Below are positions 52,605 through 63,718 of a DNA stretch of 64,000 nucleotides, piece by piece. Source of the stretch: a bacterium (GTDB lineage: Bacteria > Zhuqueibacterota > Zhuqueibacteria > Oceanimicrobiales > Oceanimicrobiaceae). Every line of letters starts with the position of its first letter. Within the stretch, counting starts at the first letter, position 1. A program made the translations under genes and the position numbers. The notes under the pieces were generated by a model. It was given only the letters and a program-made list of their open reading frames with translations, ran no database searches and was not told the DNA's origin. The stretch covers positions 3,836 to 67,835 of the forward strand of contig JBHIAC010000002.1 of the NCBI GenBank assembly GCA_046758365.1, in the 5' to 3' direction.

Positions 52605-52728
52605 GATTTGCCGATTGAGATGTATAGCCGCCTACCCCGCCTGCAAAGAAGAAATTTTTGAATAGAAATGGACTTTCAATAAATAAGCAAAACGATATTC
52701 ACGACCTTACAGGCGGGGTTAAGCATTC

Positions 52729-53424
52729 TTATTCACTACCAGAAAGTGTAGACTCACTAATCTCAGCGCCAGTATTCACCAAGTTCATATCCTTACCATG
52801 GTCGCTGAAGTTGCCAGTGGTTGAGCCGATAGTTATCTCCTTAGCTGGGAAGGGATAAACAGGATTCAAAACTTTCTGTGGTGTAGCTGGGTCATTACCA
52901 TAGACTAATGCTACTGAAAATTCTCCAAGGTCTCCTAGAGCAAGAGTATAATTTTTATTCTCATCCGTTGGTTTCTCGATCTTGATCGATGTTTCTTTTA
53001 TTCCCAATTGTTCACCCATGGTTGAGAAAGGAGCCGCAGAGAGGATTTCACGCAGGGCACTTTTCTGAGCTTCGGTAGCATTGCTGTCTATGTAGTAAGC
53101 TGAGTATTCAAATTGTGGTGCCGTGGATTTTCCAGTGAATTCACTAAAGAAAGCCCAGTTTACTCCGTCAAGTGATGTACCTTTATGATTGCCCTCTACG
53201 ATATGGACCGCACCAATAAACCGACAGTATCCATGATTTGGCTCTTGACCGAAGAGGCAGGGACAGGAAACAGAACAGTTATCGACCACCACCATTTCAG
53301 TTTTCATGTTCCAGGCAGCTTCTTCACTAACAACTTCAGGCTTTTCTTCAGATGGCTGTTTTGCGCAGGTTATAAATAGCATCAACAACAGAGACAGCAT
53401 GAGACCCACTCCTTTTCTAATCAT
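52729..53424 (-). CDS. DUF1326-family lipoprotein
   Basis: Lipobox FITC; NCSVSCPC..G..P.HG.C; HI.EG....L.G; YYIDSNAT..Q..AL..I. Confidence 0.75.
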   Translation of the reverse strand: MIRKGVGLMLSLLLMLFITCAKQPSEEKPEVVSEEAAWNMKTEMVVVDNCSVSCPCLFGQEPNHGYCRFIGAVHIVEGNHKGTSLDGVNWAFFSEFTGKSTAPQFEYSAYYIDSNATEAQKSALREILSAAPFSTMGEQLGIKETSIKIEKPTDENKNYTLALGDLGEFSVALVYGNDPATPQKVLNPVYPFPAKEITIGSTTGNFSDHGKDMNLVNTGAEISESTLSGSE

Positions 53425-53674
53425 TTAAAACACCTCCTTTAAAGTATAGATTGGTTATTTATCGAAAGTGCTATGATGTATATTCTAGTAGAATAAAGTT
53501 GTAGCTTCATAAAATCTTCATACAATCAAAGATCATCACCTCCTTTCTCTATTCTTAAATATTGAATTTAAGATTGCTTCAGGCCGTTGGATACTTCCCG
53601 TAAGATATTTATCCAACGGGATAGAAATCCTACGTCCTAGAAGTTGAAATTATCTTGTTTTTGCACAACATCAT

Positions 53675-54637
53675 TCATTTTGTTTCAGAATCCCTGATTT
53701 GTATAACCGCATTGGGTTCACGGTTAACAGTAAATTTGAAGACATCGGGTCTAGCATAGTGTCCCGCCACATCGAATATCCATTTTGAGGCCGGGATGAG
53801 TTTATAGTCGATTTCTGCATACAGAATTTCTTCTTTCATTTTTACGGGACCGGCAATGAATTCACCTTTGGGATTGATAATGCAGCTATTTCCGGGATTA
53901 ATCCATTCCTTGCCTTCAGGATATAGTGTTTTAAATTTGTAACGATTGGGGATGTCTTTCATATGAATAGCCATGCAGCATCCGATAACGAACATACCAC
54001 CTTCTCTTGCTATATGCCGTAGGCTCATTAGCCAGCTTTCACTTGAATCCCAGGTTGGAGCGACATAGATTTGCGTACCCCAGGCATACATGGCATTGCG
54101 GGCCAGTGGCATGTAATTTTCCCAACAAATTAATCCACCGAGTTTGCCGAAAGGAGTATCAAAAGCATTCAGTGTACTGCCGTCACCTTGTGCCCACATC
54201 AAACGTTCACCTCCTGTTGGTACCAGTTTGCGATGCTTGCCCAAGATATTTCCTCGTGCATCGATATAGAGAAGTGTATTAAAAAGACTCGCATTGCTGG
54301 CTTCTGTGTTGCGTTCGTTTATCCCAATCACTACATGAATCTTGGAGTTCTTTGCAGCCCGGCAAAGCTGATTCGTTGCTTCATCCGGGATGGTCACAGC
54401 GTTTTCAATTAACTCAGCATATAGCTCATTAAAAATGGCTTTCTTGCTGCCAGGCACGACCCAAACCCAGTCAGGATAAGTCGGGATAAAAACCTCTGGA
54501 AAAACAATTAATTTAGCATCTTTGCGTCCTGCTTCATTAATAAATTCGCATGCTTTTTCAACCGTAGCTTTTTGATCTAGAAACACAGGTGCGGCCTGTG
54601 CAGCAGCGACTATGAATGTTTTTTGGTTCTTTTTCAC
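53675..54637 (-). CDS. Nitrilase (carbon-nitrogen hydrolase)
   Basis: E-K-C triad: FPEVF, HRKLVPT, LICWEN; DVAGHYARPDVF. Confidence 0.95.
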   Translation of the reverse strand: MKKNQKTFIVAAAQAAPVFLDQKATVEKACEFINEAGRKDAKLIVFPEVFIPTYPDWVWVVPGSKKAIFNELYAELIENAVTIPDEATNQLCRAAKNSKIHVVIGINERNTEASNASLFNTLLYIDARGNILGKHRKLVPTGGERLMWAQGDGSTLNAFDTPFGKLGGLICWENYMPLARNAMYAWGTQIYVAPTWDSSESWLMSLRHIAREGGMFVIGCCMAIHMKDIPNRYKFKTLYPEGKEWINPGNSCIINPKGEFIAGPVKMKEEILYAEIDYKLIPASKWIFDVAGHYARPDVFKFTVNREPNAVIQIRDSETK

Positions 54638-54910
54638 TTCCTTCCCTCATTCTTTATTGTTGCGACAAAGTTTTTATTTACCATTTGATACATACATTTT
54701 ATAATTTTCCTCTATATAAATTAAGAAAAATGAAAGGGAAAATTTTGAATAATTTCTCATTTTTCTTCTCCTTTTCTATTTTAAGAGAAACCTAAAGACC
54801 AAGCTCAGTCGCCGCTAACAATGCTGGCCACGGTGACTCGAATTACACCGAGTTTTTTACCGAGTACTGCTTGACAACTATTTACTCATCTACGTAGTGT
54901 ACAAAATCAC

Positions 54911-55676
54911 TTAATCAAGATTATAAATACGAACTGCATTATCATGACCAACTTTCTTTGCCAGCTCGGGCGGTAGCTGATCCAAAACAGACCATGTCTC
55001 CTTGAACGATTGGGGCATGCGTCGCGTAACTCCTGGAATCCCAACGAATTGGTCGCTGCCAATCATGAAGCGAGCAGGAAAATCACTGATAAATTTCTTC
55101 CACTCCGGAAGGATCTTCCAGTCATTATCGACTATTCGGTTCGGCATCGGGTTTCCAGCCATATCGAACAAACGTTCTTCAAACCTGAGGGCTAGATAGA
55201 GATTAGGGTGGGCCTCGAGCAGCGACTGCAAGAGGTCAATTGTCATATATCCGGTATTATCCCACCCAATGTATTGCCAAACAATATTGGCTTTCCGGTT
55301 ATGCAATAGTAAACGCTTTGGTTCCATGGATAAGTGGATTCAGGGTTGCGCCGCCTGCAACAAGATAGAGTCGGTTTGAATATTTCTCCACCGGCTCTAG
55401 ATTATGCTGGTAATTGTAATTTACTTTTTCCATTTGTATTGAAACTTGGGGCGGGGGCATGATAAGTGCTTTGCCAACGCCATACTGGTCCATCAAATCT
55501 ATCAGATTCTTCGCAGCTTCACCGTAGTCCTTCATCTGGTCAAACCCAGATTGACGGCCGCCTTGCTCTCCTATTCGCTGAAACTCTGGACTGTCCATCA
55601 TCAAATGCAATCCAGTAAATTTTATTAGACGGGACATACAAGATATTACAGGATTATTTCTTATCAGATAATACAC
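54911..55676 (-). pseudogene. Disrupted amidohydrolase_2-family gene (frameshift and apparent internal deletion)
   Basis: N-part LIDLMDQYGVGKALIMPPP and C-part HPNLY, FMIGSD, LAKKVGHDNAVRIY lie in different frames overlapping at 55299-55327. Confidence 0.7.
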
Positions 55677-56155
55677 GTACTTTACGTTTTATCTCTACCC
55701 CATTCTGACCAAAATTTAGAATTCTGCAAAATAGGGTGTACAACCTTTAGGTTGAGATTGTCATAGGCAGGCTGAAGTCTGTACACCCAATGAATAAGCA
55801 GATGAAGTCTCAAATTTTGAAGACAAAATAATTCAATGTCTTTTGAACCAATCATTTTGCCATTAATTATTTTGCCTTGATTAATCAAATCATGAAAATC
55901 CTGTCCATCTTGTCTAAATTTTTAGCCGAGAGTCTTCTCTTCATTATTATGATCTGGATGAAAGCAACTTCTCATTTGTTTGAACATTTGATTACCGATG
56001 GTGTATACAAAATTGTAGGGGCGTATAAAAAAAACATAATCGGAGGGTGAATGAACAACTCCTTTGTACTTTTCAATATAAAAATTGGATATAATAATTA
56101 TTTGTCTGGTAATTATTCTATATTGGAAATACCTAAGCAGATAGAAAAGTATTAA

Positions 56156-56235
56156 TCGAGTCAGCAGGAGAGATTTCCTGATTTAGTATCCGTACTCTTT
56201 ATGTTAATATGTCAAATTATAACAAAAATGTCAAG
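56156..56235 (-). promoter_or_regulatory. Promoter plus leader, copy 2 of the element at 12115-12212
   Basis: Minus strand CTTGACATTTTTGTTATAATTTGACATATTAA...AAGAGTACGGATACTAAATCAGGAAATCTCTCCTGCTGACTCGA. Confidence 0.55.
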
Positions 56236-56717
56236 TGAAAATTTCAAATCACACGAAAGCCAACAACAAAAGACTGAAAGGTTTTTCTAAGGGCCTGCGC
56301 CAGAAATGCAGCGTTGCTATCTGGAGAAAATGCGAGAACTGTATGCCTTGAGGCGTGGCTGAAAACTTCAGTTTTGGAAATCCACAAATTCTAATATATT
56401 GTTTTTTAGTTCATTTTTTTCCAAATATCGACTTTTCGGCTACGCCTCTAAGATCTGTCGTTTGTTACAGTGATATTAATGGTTTTATTAGGTGTCGCTG
56501 CCTATATAAGATGTCCAGAGTTTTTTCGACCGCTTCATAGGATCGCGACTCACCTTGACACAACAATCCAATCCTTGATTTATTTTTAAATGTTTGTTAC
56601 ATTCTTCTTTTGGGGGTATTAATAATATTAGTCAGCTTTGTAGATATGGGTAGAATTAATTTTAAAATTAAAAAAGTCGAATCAAGAGTTCCATTGAAAA
56701 CTGTTTACAAATAATTC

Positions 56718-57467
56718 ATGCCAGAACTATTCAAACTGATATTGCTTGCTCTGCTTGGGATTTTCGCTGGTTTCTTAAATATCACAGCGGGCGGGGGCTC
56801 TTTGTTAACTCTACCTTTTCTAATTTTCCTTGGGCTGCCGGTGTCTGTAGCTAATGGTACCAACCGAATTGCCATACTCATCCAAAACATTTTCGCCACC
56901 GCACGATTTTATCAGTTTAAAGTCATTCCCCAAGGCACGACTCTCGTTGCGGTTGTTCCAGCTTTAGCCGGCTCGATAATAGGGGCGCATCTTGCGGTGG
57001 ATATCAACGAACTTCTTTTTAAGCGCATTCTTGCTGGCATCATGATTTTAGTGTTAGCTATTATGCTCTTTAATCCGGGTAGAAAAGTTCCCAATATCAC
57101 CGTGTCTTTAAATACAAGTAGAAAGTTCTTTATGGCGCTCTCATTTTTTGGAATTGGCATTTATGGCGGGTTCATTCAAGCGGGCATTGGCTTTCTAATT
57201 ATTATGATTTTAACAGCGGTTGGATACGATTTAGTAAGAACCAATGCTTTAAAAGTTTTGGTGGTTCTTATTTTCACACCTGTCGTATTATTTATTTTTA
57301 TTTTAGAAGGTCAGGTTGATTTTGTTAAAGGCTTAGTCCTGGCAGCAGGCAGCACTTTAGGCGGCTGGATTGCTACTCGTTTTGTGGTCGAAAAAGGCCA
57401 TCGGTTTATTCGGTGGATTGTGATGGTGGCGGGGGTAGGGTTTGCTGTGAAGTTGTTTTTAGGGTGA
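56718..57467 (+). CDS. TauE/SafE sulfite-exporter family permease
   Basis: AGGGSLLTLP.L...GLP..VANGTNR; GIYGGFIQAGIG. Confidence 0.92.
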   Translation: MPELFKLILLALLGIFAGFLNITAGGGSLLTLPFLIFLGLPVSVANGTNRIAILIQNIFATARFYQFKVIPQGTTLVAVVPALAGSIIGAHLAVDINELLFKRILAGIMILVLAIMLFNPGRKVPNITVSLNTSRKFFMALSFFGIGIYGGFIQAGIGFLIIMILTAVGYDLVRTNALKVLVVLIFTPVVLFIFILEGQVDFVKGLVLAAGSTLGGWIATRFVVEKGHRFIRWIVMVAGVGFAVKLFLG

Positions 57468-57522
57468 AACATAAATTTATTACAAATTTTCACTGATCTA
57501 ATTCCATGAAGTAAAAATGATG

Positions 57523-58509
57523 CTAATGATTGGAAGACGTATGTCCATGTAATGTGAGCAAATAAGCCATGAGATCATCCAACTGTTTCTCCGTTAATAA
57601 TTCCGGGTAATTGCTAGGCATGAATGAAATGGTTTGAGTTTTATAGGTAACAATGTCATTTGTTCTAATTACAAAACGTTCATTGCTTTTGTTCTCCAAA
57701 ATTAATTCATCCCCAGTTTCCTCTTTTATTATCCCAATGAAAATCCGGCCAGTTTTTGTTTTTACTAACGATTCTTCATAGCCGCTAATGATGTTAGAAT
57801 TCGGTTGTACGATTTTATTGAAAATGTGCTGTGGGGTTCGAAAGCTGGCAATGGCAGTTAAATCCGGTCCAAGGTCGCTGCCTTGCGGCTGTCCTTCTGC
57901 ATTTATTCCGATATGACAAGCCGAACAGGCCGCCGATCCTTCCGGATCGAAAAATAATTTGCGACCAGCTTCGACATCCCCCTCTATCTTGAATTTAAAT
58001 GATTCAACAGGCTTTTCATAAGTGGTTAGTATTTTTTTTGGCAATTGGATTTCGTCAGGATTGGCTTCCCCTCCTAAATTTTCAAGGTAACAAATCACGG
58101 CTTTAATTTCAGACGGAGTTAAAGCAATAGGTGCCTTAAAAACTTCAGGCATTTCATCTTTGTACCCTGGTACAACAAATGCCCCCGGTTCAGCAATGCT
58201 TTGAACTAAATATTCGGTTCCGTTGTCAAGTGCCAATTTGGTAGCTCTTTGCTGGGCTCTAATGGCCATCATTGCGCCTTCTTTTCCTTCGCCTAAATTG
58301 GGGCCGCGCAAGGCATAGCCACGCTCCCCAACCCGATGGCACACATGGCAGCGCCCTTTTCCCCAAAAGATAGATTCACCTGTTTCTACACTAATCTCTG
58401 GAGTAGTTAGAGAAATATCTGCTACTTCAGGTAACGTCTTTATCCATTTATAAATAAAAAATGTGAGAATTAAAACTACCAGAAAAAGGGTGGCAATCTT
58501 TTTGAACAC
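57523..58509 (-). CDS. Membrane-anchored diheme cytochrome c
   Basis: CHVCH and CSACH; GPNL/GPDLT; MP axial-Met motifs. Confidence 0.88.
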   Translation of the reverse strand: MFKKIATLFLVVLILTFFIYKWIKTLPEVADISLTTPEISVETGESIFWGKGRCHVCHRVGERGYALRGPNLGEGKEGAMMAIRAQQRATKLALDNGTEYLVQSIAEPGAFVVPGYKDEMPEVFKAPIALTPSEIKAVICYLENLGGEANPDEIQLPKKILTTYEKPVESFKFKIEGDVEAGRKLFFDPEGSAACSACHIGINAEGQPQGSDLGPDLTAIASFRTPQHIFNKIVQPNSNIISGYEESLVKTKTGRIFIGIIKEETGDELILENKSNERFVIRTNDIVTYKTQTISFMPSNYPELLTEKQLDDLMAYLLTLHGHTSSNH

Positions 58510-58512
58510 GGC

Positions 58513-58596
58513 TTAATAGCAATTAAAACCAATTTTTCTTAAAGTGGCGCCGAGTTCGCTGTGTATATCTTTGTCGATGAAGAGTTTGATTTTCAT
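58513..58596 (-). pseudogene. Truncated DUF5615/PIN-like toxin
   Basis: MKIKLFIDKDIHSELGATLRKIGFNCY*; ATGA overlap with the DUF433 stop. Confidence 0.65.
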
Positions 58597-58901
58597 TTCG
58601 TTATTTCATATTTACCATAAGGATAATTTTTTTCCCAATATTCTTCATCGTTGTTAAGCTTGAGTTGTTCGTCGATCTCATCTTTATGATCATAATAATA
58701 AGATAGCGCATCATAAACTTGAGCGTGCGTAATGTGAGGAATGATCTCAATAATTTGATCAATGGAATATTTGAGATTAAAATGGTATCCGACAATCGCC
58801 CAAACGGGAACTCGAGTGCCAATAATGATGGGTTTTCCACCACAAACACCCTTGACTTGAGTGATGTAAGGATGTTTAATTTTTCTTGCAGCTTGTCCCA
58901 T
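58593..58901 (-). CDS. DUF433-family antitoxin
   Basis: GVCGGKPIIIGTRVPV, AQVYDALSYYYDH.DEID; own TTGACT-17-TATATT promoter upstream. Confidence 0.9.
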   Translation of the reverse strand: MGQAARKIKHPYITQVKGVCGGKPIIIGTRVPVWAIVGYHFNLKYSIDQIIEIIPHITHAQVYDALSYYYDHKDEIDEQLKLNNDEEYWEKNYPYGKYEITK

Positions 58902-59224
58902 GTAATCTAACTCCTTTTACAAGTACAATTCACTTATTTTCAAATAGGTTTTCAATATAAACTATTTTGCAAAAACAGTCAAGAAAATCATAAAGCTAGA
59001 AATCCGGTCGGAAAATAGATCTTTGGCGTATTGTATCTCACCACTTTGTCACGCTTCTTAACTCAGCGGTCTGTCAGGAGGAATCTTTTTAATTGAAAAG
59101 ATTACCACTAAAATAAAGATTAAACCTACATTTGGTAAACTGACTGTAGAGCTGTGGTGTTATTGGCAGCTTTTCCCATTGATTTGGGAAGATTCTTGCA
59201 GAATGACACCCATAAAAAGAGTAA

Positions 59225-59255
59225 AGGGTGTGTTCCTTATTAATGGAAACACACC
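59225..59255 (-). terminator. Hairpin terminator after the cupredoxin-like gene
   Basis: GGGTGTGTTCC-loop-GGAAACACACCC. Confidence 0.65.
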
Positions 59256-59292
59256 CATTCTTGATAACTTTTAATCTAATGTGGCAAGATGA

Positions 59293-60102
59293 TTAGAGTG
59301 AAGCACTAGCGGTTCCGGCAGCAAATTCAAAGTTAGCTTCAACAACAGCCCCTTCTGTTACTGTGACTTCTGCCGTTCGGGTGCCTAATGTCTCTTGCCA
59401 ATACTCTAAAGTATAGGTACCAGCAGGTACATCGGTCAGTTCGAAATTACCATTCTCATTGGTGACGGCATAATATGGATGCTCTACTACAATAATGTAA
59501 CTATCCATCCAGTTATGAACGTCGCAGGCTACACGGATGACTTCAGGTTCATTAAAAGTTTGAGTCATCTTCTTTTTAAAGCCCGGCTGAGCTACGTTTA
59601 TAGGGGTATTTTTTTCACTGAAGGTATGAATATTATGCAATATACCATCACTGTTTAATATAGTAAGATCGGTTCCTGTCGGAACTATAACAACATGAGG
59701 TTTAAAAGTACAGCCATTTTGATCTAACTCAAATTTATTTCCCAAAACATCCATCGATTTTCCTTTGTTAAGAGTCGTAATGCTGACTACTACATTTGCG
59801 ACACCTTTGTTGCGGGAGACTACCAAATCTTCTTTATAATGTGGCATTTTTCCACAAACGTTTACATCTTTGGTTATTTCAAGCTTTTGTTTGGGTGGAA
59901 TGGTGCCAGCAAACGTAACAGTGCCTTTAATAGTGCCTCCATTCGTTACAGTCATGGCTTGATAACCACCGGCTTCAGCCATTGTCTCAACTTCTTCAGT
60001 CACTTCTTCACTTGGTTTTTCAGCTTTCTTCTCACCTCCCCCGCAACCAATGAGAAAAGAGATGAAAGCAAGTACAATCAACAGGGATAAAATTTTTTTC
60101 AT
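59293..60102 (-). CDS. Lipoprotein with cupredoxin-like and carboxypeptidase-regulatory-like domains
   Basis: Lipobox LIGC; LDQNGCTFKPHV; LHNIH and CDVHNWM (type-1 Cu ligands H, C, H, M). Confidence 0.8.
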   Translation of the reverse strand: MKKILSLLIVLAFISFLIGCGGGEKKAEKPSEEVTEEVETMAEAGGYQAMTVTNGGTIKGTVTFAGTIPPKQKLEITKDVNVCGKMPHYKEDLVVSRNKGVANVVVSITTLNKGKSMDVLGNKFELDQNGCTFKPHVVIVPTGTDLTILNSDGILHNIHTFSEKNTPINVAQPGFKKKMTQTFNEPEVIRVACDVHNWMDSYIIVVEHPYYAVTNENGNFELTDVPAGTYTLEYWQETLGTRTAEVTVTEGAVVEANFEFAAGTASASL

Positions 60103-60139
60103 AATGTTCCTCCTCTTACCTATAAATGTATTGTATTAT

Positions 60140-62788
60140 TTATCGTTTGCTTACAAATTTTCGAATATTCATAAGATAATCTCGTGAGGCTTCGACTTGT
60201 TTCTCCGGATCACCATCTAATATGTCTGGTGGGGCTGCGTCTGGATAAAAACTTGGCATTCTTGTACCAGGCTGTAATGCTTGAGGGTCTGATATCCAGT
60301 CATAAACCCAATCTGGGTTTAGCCGATCAGGTGCTAATAAAAAGTCCGGCGCCCAACCGGATGGAGGACCTTCTGGTTTTTTTCTTCCAACTTGGTGACA
60401 ACTAAAGCAGCTTAAATAATCCTCTGAAAAAAGCTTTTCTGCCGCTTTAATTTCCTTTTTAGTCAATTCAATGTCTATGTCTATAAATGGCTCACTCATA
60501 CCTTCTAAGGCTTGAAAATACTCGATAAGCTGGTTGACTTCTTCATCGCTAAATCCAAAAGTAGGCATCCGTACATTCAACCAGGATCTTATTTTAATAA
60601 TTGGATTTTTTAGAAATTCAAAAAGCCATGTTGGTTGAACTTTTCTACCTTCCCCGATTAAGTCAGGAGGGACAAACGAAAGGGCTTCATCAACAGACCG
60701 TCCTTCTTCTTTAAAAGCTTCAATCAAAGTTGGACGAATGAAGCCACCCTCACCTTCAATAATATGACATCCAATGCAGTTGTATTGGCGCACCAATCTT
60801 CGCCCTTTTTCAATAGAATCCCCGATCCGGCCCATATCATGTATATAATCTGTGCTAATCATCCGACCATCCCAGCTTTTCAGAGGGATTGCCAAAGTTT
60901 TAGCATCTTCTTCGGCAAATGCAAAATTGGGCATGCGCTGAATGACAGCTTCGGTCGCATACTGTCGGGAATTCTTCAATTTACCCAAAGTCCAGGCCTC
61001 CCATGTTTCTTCTGGCACAGCACCATCGGCTAAAGCATCTCCAAAAAATAGTTCTTCGGGAGTTTTTGCTCCAAATTCGTTTAGAGATACACTAACCTTT
61101 CCTTCACCTTCCATACCCTTAATGTCATGGCAGCCATGACATCCAAAATTTCGTATAATCGCTTTCCCTTCCGCTAAAAACTCTTCCGACTCTAAATCTG
61201 CAGAATCAAAGTTGTATTCGCTTTTATCGGTTTCTTTCAGACTCATCAGGTAAGCCACGATGTCTTTTGCTTCAGAATTCGTTAAACGTAAATTGGGCAT
61301 GGTTGTATTGGAATTGTATTGTTTTGGATTTTTAATCCAAGCGAGGAGCCAGTCTGGATTGACTTTACTTCCAATTTTGGTTAATTCAGGCGCAACGTCA
61401 TAAGGCACATCTGTTTTGCGGACCTCTCTATCCTTCAATGTCACTACGTGGCACCCCTTGCATCCAATCGACTTAACTAATTTCCGACCTCGTTTTACCG
61501 AACCATCAAGTGAAGCCTTGGGTAATTTATAATCGCTCTCTTTACTAATACGAGTAAGATAGGCTGTAACTGCTAATGCCTCCTTATGGGTAAATTGAGG
61601 ATTCGGCATTCGGGTATGTTTTCTAAAAGATTTGGTATCTCGAACCCATCGATATAAGAAATTCGGGTTGGTTTTTGAAGTAATGGCATTTAAAGGGGGA
61701 CCAATTTTACGCGCATTCTCGTATCCGGTAATTTCATGGCAACCGTAACAGCCTAAATCAAATATCATACGCTTTGCCTTGGAAAGCTTAGGTGCATGGT
61801 CAACAGATAATTCCTTGCTATGGCATTTATTACAACCCGCCTCTACAAAATTTTCTAATAGTAAAGGATGTTCCCAGAATTGTACAAATCCGTGAGCCGG
61901 CTCTTTCTGTAAAGCTGGCCCCTGACCTTCATGACAGGGGGTACAGGCAAACTGGTTATAAGGGTGTATTTTTAAATAAAAATCACGATTAGGATGAGAT
62001 TGATAGGGCGGAACGTAATCCTCATACCCATCTTTATCAGCATTTACATGACAACTTGTACAACGGTCAACCCGGTCTAAAAAGTTCTCAAAATTGCCTC
62101 GCACAAATTTCGGTAGTACTATCTGTTCAATTTTAATCTTTCGATTTTCAATAAGGCTCAATTTAGTTTTTAAATTTTTAATAGGAACCTCTAACTTATC
62201 GATTTCCATTTTAAGGCTATCAGCCGTAGCACGATAACGAGCTAACCGCGTTTCAACCTTATCCTTTTCTGCTTCTGCTTTGTCCCACTCTAATTTGAGT
62301 TTTGCAACTTCTTTTTTTCTTTCATCAACGATTGGACGTAATTTATTTATTTTTTTTTCATCTCGATGATGTTCTGCTTCTTTATATTCGTACCAAAGCG
62401 CATCATATTCACTTTTGGCAAAGCGGTAATTTTGCATCGTCTTTTGGATGTTAAATTGAGCACTATCTAACTCTTTTTTAATTTCTTGATAGGCTGGACC
62501 TTGCAAATTTGCTTCAGCTTGCTTTAATTCTTCTTTTAATTTATTAAACTGGTCTTGGTGGTCTGAATCAAATTCTTCCTTCGCCGCTTCGTATTGCGTC
62601 TTGACATTTTCGTACTCTAATTTATTCAACCGCATCTGATACCTTTGCCATGGGGCTCGAAAACTGATCATGTCTAAGATCGCCCAAAATGTTGTAAGGG
62701 CAAGAAGACCTGCCAAGATAAAGTAAAAATGGCCGTATTTTCTTTCTTCTAGTGGAATTTCAGAACGCTTAGGCATTAAACGCTCCAT
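60140..62788 (-). CDS. Membrane-anchored octaheme cytochrome c with coiled-coil stalk
   Basis: CTSCH, CTPCH, CNKCH, CYGCH, CKGCH, CHGCH, CIGCH, CFSCH; N-terminal TM and long coiled coil. Confidence 0.92.
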   Translation of the reverse strand: MERLMPKRSEIPLEERKYGHFYFILAGLLALTTFWAILDMISFRAPWQRYQMRLNKLEYENVKTQYEAAKEEFDSDHQDQFNKLKEELKQAEANLQGPAYQEIKKELDSAQFNIQKTMQNYRFAKSEYDALWYEYKEAEHHRDEKKINKLRPIVDERKKEVAKLKLEWDKAEAEKDKVETRLARYRATADSLKMEIDKLEVPIKNLKTKLSLIENRKIKIEQIVLPKFVRGNFENFLDRVDRCTSCHVNADKDGYEDYVPPYQSHPNRDFYLKIHPYNQFACTPCHEGQGPALQKEPAHGFVQFWEHPLLLENFVEAGCNKCHSKELSVDHAPKLSKAKRMIFDLGCYGCHEITGYENARKIGPPLNAITSKTNPNFLYRWVRDTKSFRKHTRMPNPQFTHKEALAVTAYLTRISKESDYKLPKASLDGSVKRGRKLVKSIGCKGCHVVTLKDREVRKTDVPYDVAPELTKIGSKVNPDWLLAWIKNPKQYNSNTTMPNLRLTNSEAKDIVAYLMSLKETDKSEYNFDSADLESEEFLAEGKAIIRNFGCHGCHDIKGMEGEGKVSVSLNEFGAKTPEELFFGDALADGAVPEETWEAWTLGKLKNSRQYATEAVIQRMPNFAFAEEDAKTLAIPLKSWDGRMISTDYIHDMGRIGDSIEKGRRLVRQYNCIGCHIIEGEGGFIRPTLIEAFKEEGRSVDEALSFVPPDLIGEGRKVQPTWLFEFLKNPIIKIRSWLNVRMPTFGFSDEEVNQLIEYFQALEGMSEPFIDIDIELTKKEIKAAEKLFSEDYLSCFSCHQVGRKKPEGPPSGWAPDFLLAPDRLNPDWVYDWISDPQALQPGTRMPSFYPDAAPPDILDGDPEKQVEASRDYLMNIRKFVSKR

Positions 62789-62839
62789 TACTTAAAGGCT
62801 AATATTAAATTTAACGCTGAAATAAGACTAGCATTTTGC

Positions 62840-63718
62840 TTAAACATTAAACCAAGGGGTAACCCAGATATATTTAATATTTAACGTCCATCGAAGAATC
62901 ATTTTAATGGGTAATCCTATCATAGTTAAAAATAAGAATGCTATGATGGAATATCGGACTACCCCCAACTTTTTTATGGTTTCTGAATTTTTTTTCCAAA
63001 AATAAAAAATTACCCCTATTGAATAATAAGCCGTTAATATAAACCCTCCAAAAAAGAAGGCTATCAATGGACTGTGAATTCCAAATTCTTCATGGAGATC
63101 CACATTGGTCATCGCTACTACTTTATGGGCATCCCATTTTTCCCAAGGCATAAAAAAGTTCCAGCCGGGTCCGCGTAAAAATGTTCCTACAAAGATTAAT
63201 GAAATCCATAAAATAATAAATCCAAATAGAAAGATAGTTATTGCAAATTTTCTCTCTTGCCAGGTGTAATATCCATTGCCTTTGGGATTTTTGTCAATAT
63301 AGGGAATCGCCATAAGCCCCACAATAATCAGAGTCGGAAAAACGACCCCAGCAATCCATGGGTCAAAATAAACTAACATCTCTTGAAGGCCGAGGAAATA
63401 CCAAGGTGCTTTGGATGGATTCGGAGTCTTCGTAGGGTTGGCAGGTTCTTCAAGGGGTGCATTGACTACAATGGACCAGACCGTTAAAATTGCCATAACT
63501 AAAATCGCCGATAGAAACTCATTTCGCGTAAGATAAGGCCATACAAAGATTCGGTCCTTACCTTCTTCTCGCATGTTATCAAATTCACCTGCAGAAATCC
63601 TGTGATCATTTACAAAAGCTTGTCGAAAAGCAAGCCAGGTAAAAAAAGCTATAAAGAATAGCAGTCCCACAATAGGTATATTATCAGGTTTACTTAATAT
63701 AGCTAGTAGACTTTCCAT
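62840..63718 (-). CDS. Cytochrome b/b6 C-terminal subunit (subunit IV/PetD-like) of a Rieske/cyt b complex
   Basis: APLEEPANP..TPNPSKAPWYFLGLQE (PEWY-equivalent); multiple TMs. Confidence 0.88.
   Translation of the reverse strand: MESLLAILSKPDNIPIVGLLFFIAFFTWLAFRQAFVNDHRISAGEFDNMREEGKDRIFVWPYLTRNEFLSAILVMAILTVWSIVVNAPLEEPANPTKTPNPSKAPWYFLGLQEMLVYFDPWIAGVVFPTLIIVGLMAIPYIDKNPKGNGYYTWQERKFAITIFLFGFIILWISLIFVGTFLRGPGWNFFMPWEKWDAHKVVAMTNVDLHEEFGIHSPLIAFFFGGFILTAYYSIGVIFYFWKKNSETIKKLGVVRYSIIAFLFLTMIGLPIKMILRWTLNIKYIWVTPWFNV

Noticed and set aside
52634-52722. Inverted repeat CCCCGCCTG...CAGGCGGGG between convergent genes
   Set aside because: Short arms, single copy in the window; not distinguishable from a terminator or REP remnant
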